Source: Iphione sp. A-MEVVRFRX5 (Eukaryota). Taken from it: a stretch of 64,000 bases of DNA. This document shows, piece by piece, positions 36,519-46,842 of the stretch. Under the pieces are notes generated by a model, which searched no databases, had not been told where the DNA came from, and was given only the letters and a program-made list of their open reading frames with translations. Each line of letters opens with the position of its first letter. Positions within the stretch are counted from its first letter, which is position 1. Where the stretch lies: positions 94,736,001 through 94,800,000 of the forward strand of contig OZ320313.1 of the NCBI GenBank assembly GCA_976226885.1. The letters run 5' to 3'. The translations under genes and the position numbers were made by a program.

Positions 36519-38815
36519 ATGCTTAGCACTCGCTCTGAGAAGCACCAAAAGAGGACTGCGCCACGGACATGTACCAATACTCAGGCGAGAAGGTGACAAT
36601 GACAATGACAATGACAATGATTTTATTTCTCTAAAGTCCCCTTTTCAGGGTATGAGAGAACAGTTACATATAAGGTCTATATGCATGCTAAGAACTACCA
36701 ACAGCATAACACATAACACAATATAATTTTGTTACTAGCACCATGACTTGATTAGCACCAAGTGTCGGTTACAGTTAGCACACATCATTTGGATTAGCAC
36801 CATCTTCTAGCTTATGTCTAATTTGTTGATTAAGTAGTTTTTTGGAAGTGAGATATGATTATTTTAATGAATGCGGCTATTTTGGTTAACATTTTTACAT
36901 CGTTTGAGTTAAATAGTTGAGACATTTTTATGATGTTCGGTCTAGTTCTGAAATATTTTTTGATATATTTTTCTCTATATTTCTCCATGGCTGGGCAGAC
37001 AAGTATATAATGAAATTCATCTGCCTGGTCATTGGTCATACATAAGTGGCAAGGTGTAAAACTATGGTAATTGCTAAGTCTGTTTCTACTTATTGGCAGG
37101 TTATGGTCACCACATCAAAATTTGCTTAACAGAATTCTGTTTCTTACATCTAGGCTGGTTATGTATTGTTCTAGACCTGGCTCATGTTTAAATATTTCGT
37201 AGTTTGTGCATAACTTGTTTTTGTGAATTTCAGCTCTCCAGTTTTGGGCATCCATATCTCTAAGCCTAAGCTCAATTGACTGTTTTAGCCAATCGGGGTT
37301 AAGGATCTCACTGTGGGTCCACACATTAGAGAAGCCACATTTATCTAGAGTGCTTTGGACCTTTGTTAACCATTTCGATTTCAGGTAGTTCTTCTCATGG
37401 AGCTGGCGTAGAAGAAGATAGATATTATGTGATATCTTTGATTCCTTACCTGAATGTATCTTAGCCCAGAAATTAACCATTCTCTTTTCGATGGTGCTAT
37501 TTAAGGGAAAGCGGCCAAGTTCACCATATACTGTGCAATTGGCAGGTGTGTGGCGTCGAAGGAGGTTTGTACCCAACAGTCATACTGACATGCCTGACGC
37601 TGGCCAAATTAGCAACATCTATCATAGGATGGAAGGTAATCGGTCACCCGCCCCGGGCAACAACTTAAATGACACAGTGAGCTCAATTGTCATATCAAAT
37701 GTGGAATCCATGGATAATTGTAGCTCCCTTGTTGACACCAGCGACAAGAAAATGGTGTCAACTAATAACAATACTACGTTCGTCTCTGTCTCTGCCACTG
37801 CTGATAATGATGTAACCTACAGTGTACTCACCACACAGTGTGGGCCTGAAGCTGAGATGACAGAACATTGTGATGATACAATGAACTCTACCTTTAGAAG
37901 CCCAAGGAGTTTGGAACATCTGTTGACATCAACACCTTGTGACAACGTGGGTACAGCAGGTGTCAATAGAGGCTTCACACATGAAATCCAGAGATAACTG
38001 CAGAAAATTGAGGAAAATTTAGTGAAGACATAGCCGGTATTAGAAAGGATGTTAACGAGCTTAAGGTAATGGTCCATACCAGGGAATTGCAGCGGAAAAA
38101 TACTGAGCAGCATTTGACAGTAGGATAGTTGACATCAAAAACAAGCTAAAAGCTCTATCTGAGGCGGGGGTACTATCGGATTCACTAGAAGTGCATAATT
38201 TGATTTTACATAATAGGCACAGGCTCAACACATACAGAATCAAAGGTATTTACATCAAGGAGGATCTTCCTAGCTCTGCTCTAGATGTAAACAGAAAGAA
38301 TCAGCAACTGGCCAGCAAGGCATGTGCGCAAGGAAGCATGGCGACAGCGAGAGGTGTCAATCTTATTATTGATGGAGAAGGTACTCCCTACTTAACACTT
38401 CCTACTTACCAGATTTTCTCCATGATAATTCCCTCCAGTCAAAGATTACTGACAAGGAATACAACTTTGATGCTGATAATTCTCTGTTTTCGCCAGATCT
38501 TATGGGCCCTGTAATGCTGGAAGGTAAACAATATGCATCACCAGAAATTGCTTTTCTCTTGTGGTATTGTGAATTGGAACGAGATCTGAAACTAGGTCAA
38601 ACAGTCAACAACTGCCGTTCAGAGGGCAAACGAGCATTCTCCTGAATGAAAATTACCTTATCATGGGAATCAAGTTTGAAGGTAAACCTGATGAAAATGT
38701 ACATTGACTATATCTCTAAAAATGCAGCTGCAAAAGATGCATTAATCGGCACTGGATCGCACGATCCTAACTATTTTGATCGTGACCGCATTCTTGGTAC
38801 TGGGAGCCTACACTG
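36519..38815 (+). pseudogene. ORF1-NADAR of element C
   Basis: MLSTRS at 36519; STFRSPRSLEHLLTSTPCD (A: STFKSPMSLNHLLTSTPCD); GIYIKEDLPSS; FDADNSLFSPDLMG..EGKQYASPE; stops and deletions. Confidence 0.85.
36594..37557 (-). mobile_element. 5'-truncated non-LTR retrotransposon 3' end with a C-terminal CCHC finger (RTEX/RTE-like; clade uncertain)
   Basis: TPANCTVYGELGRFPL, CHLC..DEFHYILVC; AATAAA plus (TTGTCA)n tail; candidate TSD GAAGG (36589-36593, 37558-37562); removing it restores C's ORF1 frame. Confidence 0.8.
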
Positions 38816-41256
38816 ATCCACTTGATCACCTTGAAGAGGGCCTCCTACAGGATGATCGCTTGCTGGCTGTCCTACACTGATGCGTCATGCTTCCACCTTG
38901 TACTTATCGCAGGTGGCATCCCAGTCAGGAATGTGACCTCACAGCAAGCTAGCAGTGACCTCATACTATGAGCTCATGCTGAACTCAATTTGTAACCTCA
39001 CAGTTACCTCACAGTGAGCTCACACTGTGAAGTCACAGTGTGAGCTCACTGTGAGCTCAGACTGACCTCACACTATGAGCTCAGGAGCTCACACTGAACT
39101 AAATTTGTAACCTCACAGATACCTCACTATGACCTCACAACGTGAGCTTGCTCTCCTATCAAATTGAGCTGCTTGTGTGCATTATAAAATCTCAATCTTT
39201 GTGGATGATTGGCAGTGGATGGCAGATAAACAGTACACTGTTGATTTGGGTTGACTTGGATTGCACTGGATACTGATGATTTTATGCCGATGGTATGACT
39301 TGTCACTGCGATGCTTGCCAACCTCTTTCACTGAAGTGCAGTAACAACCCACTGCTTCACTGTATAAACCCATTGATTTGCAGTATAAAGCCAACAAAAA
39401 TGAAAAATTGTAACAGAAAATGTAGGATTTGTAAGCATTTTTGTACAAGGTTTCAAAGGTAACAAAGAACAAAGACTTGTTTTCAGGTGATGGCACCTTG
39501 GCTGAATTCTTTTATTAATCATAATTACACCTACAAGTGGAAACACCTATATGGGTGATCAAAATGAAATTAGATAAGTCACATATAATGAATGTCTGAA
39601 CTCAGCATAGAAATTAAGTCAAATATATTATGGATATCTGCAATGAAAATAAAAAGGGTTCCTGAAAGAGAAAATTCATATATTAAATGACTAAATAAAC
39701 TACAGTCAACTTTAAAAAATCATTTTTGAAAATCTTATCAAAATAATACTCAAATTTTTACAGGAAAACTCTCATAAACTCTATTCTCATTAACTTTGAC
39801 AACTTGAATGTGGGTGCACAGAAAAATTTCCAGCACCACTCCTATTCATTGTATCAACATGCAAAAACCACCAAAAGAAAGCTTACAACCTCAGCTTTGC
39901 AGCTGTATAGACATTTAGTCCCTACGAGAATTATTTCTTATAGAAATAGTTAAATTGGCGAATCACGATTCGTCAAACTAGAATGTATAGAAATAACCCC
40001 AATTATCACTCATAGGGAGGGTAAACATAACAAATCTAAACTGCTCTAAAACGTTCTTAATTAATCCCATCATAAATTAATGTTGCTATCTGACCAAGTA
40101 TATAAGAAACAGTCATATATCTTACCAAATTTGAAGTGTGCATAGCAAACATAGGTGAAAACAGATAAAGGTTTACAGGAGGCTGGCGTTGGTAGCTGTT
40201 CCTATCTGGTTTACCCACGCTATTTTCGCGCCAAATCGGCGGGAGTAGCCAACGGTCTTGCTGTGAACGGGGCTGGCTGCAGTAATTACGTTTTCGACTG
40301 TGGAGGAACGGAAACTATGGCTATAGACACATGCTATAGCTCATTGGAAAGCTCTTGTTGAGAGCTTTCTAACCAGCTATAACATGTCTCTATAGCTGTA
40401 GTTGCCGCTCCTTCACAGAAAATATAAAAAATTGAAGACAATTTGTATGATCTATCTATATCCTCCATGTACAGAATATTATTAATCAAAATGACAACAA
40501 CACATGTTATGATGTTCCTGTGAGCGAAATGTGAGCTTTTGCTAGTTACCTAAAACATATGATGTATTTGTGAGGTAACTGTGATATAATACATGTGAGC
40601 TCACACCTGTGAGGTATCTGTGAGCTAACTGTGATATAATACATGTGAGCTCACACCTGTGAGGTATCTGTGAGCTAACTGTGATATCATACATGTGAGC
40701 TCACATCTGTGAGCTTCTTGTGATCTAACTGTGACATCTACGTGAGCTCATGTCTTGACTGGGATGTATGATTGGGTTGTCAAGGCTGATGGCATGTGGA
40801 CAGTGCACACCAGATCACCAGCTGAATATGCAGGATGCCTTGAAATTTTACCTCGCCAAGATCAATAACTTCTGCAAGCGTGATCCCGACAGGGGTCCAC
40901 ACGTGGTATTTTGTCCAGCAGTAAGTATAGACATCTCAGGCCTGAACCCTGACACGCCGGACAAGCTGGAGCAGTACAAGATTGACTCTGCAGTAGCAAT
41001 ACACAATCTGAGATGTGAGCACACGTCATCTGCAGTTGGTGTATTTCCATGCTCACTCGCCTCACCAGTGTCCCATCCAAGTGGGGGAGAAGTCATCAAT
41101 AATTTTGATCATCTGTGTCCTGATGACTTCAGGTCCAAAGATGCGACTGTTGGGGAGTGGACCTACCCAAATAGGCTTTTTCTTCATGAATACATAGCCA
41201 AGTATGGCTACTACCATATAGAAAACAACGGACCAGTGGTCCAGGTAAATTTTTAG
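38816..41256 (+). pseudogene. SGNH-like ORF of element C, interrupted by a DNA transposon
   Basis: WLSYTDASCFHLVLIAGG|MYDWVVK and GPHVVFCPAVSIDISG..FDHLCPDDFRSKD match A (WLTYADPSRFHLILLAGGMYDWVIK; GPHVVLCPAASLDVSG..FDHLGQDGFRPKD). Confidence 0.8.
38920..40763. mobile_element. Non-autonomous CACTA/EnSpm-like (CMC) DNA transposon
   Basis: TIRs CCCAGTCAGGAATGTGACCTCAC / CCCAGTCAAGACATGAGCTCAC, 2-bp TSD AT, arrays of TGTGAGCTCAC subterminal repeats at both ends; excision restores AGGMYDW. Confidence 0.8.
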
Positions 41257-41355
41257 ACCCTAAGGTTGGCTGTCCATATGACCAATGGACGCATGAGTAC
41301 TGCTTCTATCCTCATGGTAGGTGCCAAAGTGAGGGACTATCTGTACTGACATTAT

Positions 41356-41371
41356 AGCCGGGAGAGCTAGG
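41356..41371 (-). promoter_or_regulatory. Downstream arm of the inverted repeat, element C
   Basis: CCGGGAGAGCTAGG (41358-41371) is the exact reverse complement of 36440-36453. Confidence 0.6.
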
Positions 41372-41454
41372 TTGGCGCTGAACTTCTAGAGTAAATTGGT
41401 CGCATATAATGGGAAATTTAACTGTTACTATTTACGTATTTGACACTGCTGTCA

Positions 41455-42130
41455 TTTTTTTCCCTGATCAAAGTGGATTGTGGTTGGTTGCATAATCCCA
41501 GCACTGGACTCAGTTGTCATATTCTCTGACTAGGTTGTATTGTCACCCACTGTATTTCTCTTACGATGTATTTCAAATTGTGTGATGTGCCTGTATGTTG
41601 TTTCTCTTGCCTTGTTAGTGCCTATGCCCGGCCCAGTATACCAGCAAGACATCCTTGTGATAGACATGGATCTGAGGATTGCACAATAATCCCAATATTG
41701 TCACTTTACTTGATTATGTTGCATTGCCAGTCACAGTATCTCCCTTATGATGGTACTCCAAACATGTAATATGCGGGTATGTTCTTCCCCTAAGGCACAC
41801 CACAACCAATAACTGGCCGGGTATACTTTCATGACATCCCTGTGATCAAAGTGGTTTACAGGACTGTTGCATAATCCCTGTATCGGACTCAGTTGTCAAT
41901 TGTTAATTACTGCAATTCCTCTTGATGGTACTTCAAACATGTGGTATGTATGTATGTTTTCTTCCCAAGCTCCATCACAGTCAATAATTTATGAAGGGTA
42001 TACTATTATGATATCCCTGTGATCAAAGTGGTTTTTGAGGATTGTTGTATATTCCTAGCTTTGTACTCAGTCATTGTTTTCTTGAATTTGCTGTATAGCC
42101 ACCCAACGTACTTCCCTTATGACGATATTC
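41455..42130 (+). repeat. Degenerate 180-190-bp tandem repeats in the inter-ORF spacer of element C (continue at 46620-46710)
   Basis: ATCCCTGTGATCAAAGTGG-like unit starts near 41461, 41651, 41836, 42013 and 46695. Confidence 0.7.
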
Positions 42131-42496
42131 AGTGGAGGTCATATCTGCGTTAAGTGTTCAGTGCATAGCAGATATGCATGACCTCCACTATATGGAGCCA
42201 CGGACACCAGAAAAAGGGGGAGGAGCCTATCCTTTGATGTTAGGGCCAAATTGGAGGCTGGGCCTCCAGTACACTTTATCTGAAGCTCTATGGGATTCCC
42301 TATGTCGGTAGTAGATCTTTTTTTCTCGTTATCGTTTTTCTCTGAAGTTGAGTCCAGGAGGGAGGAGGCCAGAGCTGGAGGGAAGTAGATAAGATTGAGT
42401 GACAGCTTCTCAGAGAGGGGGAGGGAACAGGGTGGGAGTGTCACGCTCTCAGCCGCTCTCAGCCACCCATACCTATTACATAACACACAGGTGCTC

Positions 42497-42700
42497 TCTG
42501 GACTGCCTCGGTCGCGTTAGGCCGCCCCCAGTGCTACTAACACTCCTCCACAGCCCAGAGGGACAGCCTGGACCGCCTCGGTCGCATTAGGCCGCCCCCA
42601 GCGCTAATAGCACCCTCCCACAGCCCAGAGGAACACCCTGGACCACCTCGGTCGCGTTAGGCCGCCCCCAGCGCTAATAGCAACCCCCACAGCCCAGAGG
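42497..42700. repeat. 70-bp GC-rich tandem repeat, 3 copies
   Basis: CTCGGTCGC at 42507, 42577, 42647. Confidence 0.9.
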
Positions 42701-42714
42701 CCTCCCTAGAAGTA

Positions 42715-45700
42715 TTTTGGTTCAAGTCTCATCCTTCTATGTACAATAGTTTCCAAATTATGACAGTTTTTCTCTATACCCACCTTTTGACTAGGTCACA
42801 TGTTGCCACCCCTATCACCTGCATCATTTGTTCAGTGGCATTTTGGTTCAAGTCCTATCCTTCTATGTGCAATAGTTTCCTAGTTATGACAGTTTTTTTC
42901 TTTACCCACCTTTAGACTAGGTGACCTGTTGCCGCCTCTGTCACCTGCATCATTTGGTCGGTGGCATTTTGGTTCAAGTCCTGTCCTTCTATGTGGAATA
43001 GTTTCCCAGTTATGGCAGTTTTTCTCTTTACCCACCTTTTGACTCGGTGCCCAGTTCCCGCCTCTATCACTTGCGTCATTTGGTCGGTGGCATTTTGGTT
43101 CAGGTCCTGTCCTTCTACATGGAATAGTTTCCCAGTTATGGCAGTTTTTCTCTTTACCCTCCTTTTGAGCAGGTGACATGTTGCCACCTCTATGACCTGT
43201 GTCATTTGGTCGGTGGCATTTTGGTTCAAGTCCTGTCCTTTTATGTGTAATAGTTTCCCAGTTATGACAGTTCTTCCCTTCACCCACCTTTTGACTGGGT
43301 GACGTGATGCCGCCTGTATCACCTATGTCATTAGGTAAGTGGCATTGTGGTTCAAGTCCTGTCCTTCTATGTGCAATAGTTTCCCAATTATGACAGTTTT
43401 TCTCTTTACCCACCTTCTGACTAGGTGACCTGTTGCCGCCTCTATCACTTGTGTCATTTGGTGGGTGGCATTTTGGTTCAAGTCCTGTCTTTCTATGTGC
43501 AATAGTTTCCCAGTTATGACAGATTTTCTCTTTACCCACCTTTTGACTAGGTGAACTGATGCTGCCTCTATCACCTGCATCATTTAGTTGGTGGCATTTT
43601 GGTTCAAGTCCTGTCCTTCTATGTGCAATAGTTTCCCAGTTATGAAGGATTTTCTCTTGACCCACTATTTGACTAGGTCACCTGTTGCCGCCTTTGTCAC
43701 CTGCATCATTTGGTTGGTGGCATTTTGGTTCAAGTCCTGTCCTTGTATGTGCAATAGTTTCCCAGTTATGACAGTTTTTCTCTTTATCCACTATTTGACT
43801 ATGTCACCTGTTGCCGCCTTTGTCACCTGCATCACTTGGTCGGGGGCATTTTGGTTCAAGTCCTGTCCTTGTATGTGCAATAGTTTCCCAGTTATGACAG
43901 ATTTTCTCTTTACCCACCTGTTGACTAGGTGACCTGTTGCTGCCTCTATCACCCGCATCACTTGGTCGATGGCATTTTGGTTCAAGTCCTGTCCTTGTAT
44001 GTGCAATAGTTTCCCAGTTATGACAGATTTTCTCTTTACCCACCTGTTGACTAGGTGACCTGATGCTGCCTCTATCACCTGCATCATTTAGTTGGTGGCA
44101 TTTTGGTTCAAGTCCTGTCCTTCTATGTGCAATAGTTTCCCAGTTATGAAGGATTTTCTCTTGACCCACTATTTGACTAGGTCACCTGTTGCCGCCTTTG
44201 TCACCTGCATCATTTGGTTGGTGGCATTTTGGTTCAAGTCCTGTCCTTTTATGTGTAATAGTTTCCCAGTTGTGACAGTTTTTCCCTTCACCCACCTTTT
44301 GACTGGGTGACGTGATGCCACCTGTATCACCTATGTCATTAGGTCAGTGGCATTGTGGTTCAAGTCCTGTCCTTGTATGTGCAATAGTTTCCCAGTTATG
44401 ACAGTTTTTCTCTTTACCCACCTTCTGACTAGGTGACCTGTTGCCGCCTCTATCACTTGCGTCATTTGGTTTGCAATAGTTTCCCAGTTATGACAGTTTT
44501 TCTCTTTACCCACCTTCTGACTAGGTGACCTGTTGCCGCCTCTATCACTTGCGTCATTTGGTCGATGGCATTTTGGTTCAAGTCCTGCCCTTGTATGTGC
44601 AATAGTTTCCCAGTTATGACAGATTTTCTCTTTATCCACTATTTGACTAGGTGACCTGTTGCCGCCTCTATCAATTGCATCATTTGGTTGGTGGCATTTT
44701 GGTTCAAGTCCTGTCCTTGTATGTGCAATAGTTTCCCAGTTATGACAGTTTTTCTCCTTATCCACTATTTGACTATATCACCTGTTGCCGCCTTTGTCAC
44801 CTGCATCACTTGGTCGGGGGCATTTTGGTTCAAGTCCTGTCTTTGTATGTGCAATAGTTTCCCAGTTATGAAGGATTTTCTCTTTACCCACCTGTTGACT
44901 AGGTGACCTGTTGCTGCCTCTATCACCTGCATCATTTGGTCGGTGGCATTTTGGTTCAAGTCCTGTCTTTCTATGTGCAATAGTTTCCCAGTTATGACAG
45001 ATTTTCTCTTTACCCACTTTCTGACTAGGTGAACTGTTGCTGCCTCTATCACCTGCATCTATAAGTTGGCGGCATTTTGGTTCAAGTCCTGTCCTTCTAT
45101 GTGCAATAGTTTCCCAGTTATGAAGGATTTTCTCTTGACCCACTATTTGACTAGGTCACCTGTTGCTGCCTTTGTCACCTGCGTCATTTGGTCGGTGGCA
45201 TTTTGGTTCAAGTCCTGTCCTTTTATGTGTAATAGTTTCCCAGTTATGACAGTTTTTCCCTTCACCCGCCTTTTGACTGGGTGATGTGATGCCACCTGTG
45301 TCACCTATGTCATTAGGTCAGTGGCATTGTGGTTCAAGTCCTGTCCTTCTATGTGCAATAGTTTCCCAGTTATGACAGTTTTTCTCTTTACCCACCTATT
45401 GACTAGGTGACCTGTTGCCGCCTCCATCACTTGTGTCATTTGGTCGATGGCATTTTGGTTCAAGTCCTGTCCTTGTATGTGCAATAGTTTCCCAGTTATG
45501 ACAGATTTTCTCTTTATCCACTATTTGACTAGGTGACCTGTTGCCGCCTCCATCAATTGCATCATTTGGTTGGTGGCATTTTGGTTCAAGTCCTGTCCTT
45601 GTATGTGCAATAGTTTCCCAGTTATGACAGTTTTTCTCTTTATCCACTATTTGACTATGTCACCTGTTGCCGCCTTTGTCACCTGCATCACTTGGTCGGG

Positions 45701-45904
45701 GGCATTTTGGTTCAAGTCGTGTCCTTGTATGTGCAATAGTTTGCCAGTCATGACAGATTTTCTCTTTATCCACCTGTTGACTAGGTGACCTGTTGCTGCC
45801 TCTATCACCTGCATCATTTGGTCGGTGGCATTTTGGTTCAAGTCCTGTCCTTCTATGTGCAATAGTTTCCCAGTTATGAAGGATTTTCTCTTTATCCACT
45901 ATTG
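42715..45904. repeat. 126-bp satellite array, about 25 monomers, with an 8-monomer higher-order repeat
   Basis: TTTTGGTTCA at 42715, 42841, 42967, 43093, 43219 (period 126); diagnostic variant ACCTATGTCATTAGG at 43321, 44329, 45303. Confidence 0.95.
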
Positions 45905-46616
45905 AAGGTACAGGTGCAGCCAGGGCTGCAAATGGAGGTCATATTCCTGTTCTCTTCATGTTCTCCCTTTTATTCTTAATGATGTTCTCACTCACATTAA
46001 TACTCTCACACACATACTCTGTTATGTTTTTGCTCATATTCATGTTCTCATTAATACCTGTGCTCTCTTCATGTATTCACTGACATTCATGTTCACACTC
46101 ATGTAAGAGTAAGAACACAACTAAGAATAAGAGTGAGAACATGAATGTCAGTGAGCACATGAGTGAGAGTATCAATGAGACCATAAGTCCCATTCTTCTA
46201 TGTACAGTAGTTTCCAAGTTATTGTAGTTTTTCTCGTTACCCACCTTTTTACTAGGTCACCTAATGTCACCTCTATCACCTATGTCACCGTGCTCTCTTC
46301 ATGTTCTCACTGACAGTTATGGTTTCATTCATACTCTCACTCATGTGCTCACTGACATTCATGTTCTCATTCTTATTCTTAGTTATGTTCTTACTCTTAC
46401 ATGAGTGAGAACATGAATGTCAGTGAATACATGAAGAGAGCACAGGTATTAATGAGAACATGAATATGAGCAAGAACATAATAGAGTATGTGTGTGAGAG
46501 TATTAATGTGAGTGAGAACATACTTAAGAATAAAAGTGAGAACATGAGTGTTAGTAAGAACATGAAGAGAACAGGAATATGACCTTCATTTGCAGCCCTG
46601 GCTGCACCTGTACCTT
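45905..46616. mobile_element. Foldback/MITE-like palindromic element
   Basis: Termini AAGGTACAGGTGCAGCCAGGGCTGCAAATG(G/A)AGGTCATATTCCTGTTCTCTTCATG are inverted; arms about 280-300 bp; no TSD seen. Confidence 0.8.
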
Positions 46617-46842
46617 GTTTAATTGGGTGACTTGTGTGTATGCTTTTTCCTATGCTTTACCACAGAATATAACTGGTCTGGTTTTGGTTAATGATATCCC
46701 TGTGTGTTGATCTAATTGATATTCCTGTATACTTCCTTTGCGTGTTCGGGGCCGGTCCCCAGAAAACCTGTGATTGTGTAATACTCAAAAAGAGGTGGCA
46801 CCACTTTAGAAGAATCCATATCTCTACTTAAACTGTTACATC

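Noticed and set aside
41455-42700. Regularly spaced repeats that might suggest a CRISPR array
   Set aside because: Units are 70 bp or about 185 bp and similar along their whole length, with no unique spacers or cas genes, in a eukaryotic intron.
42880-45899. Long minus-strand ORFs with 42-aa repeats (NWETIAHRRTGLEPKCH...), superficially like C2H2 zinc-finger linkers
   Set aside because: They are a by-product of a 126-nt (3n) satellite. Cys/His spacing does not fit C-x2-C-x12-H-x3-H, several frames are open at once, stops recur with monomer variants, and no splice signals are evident.
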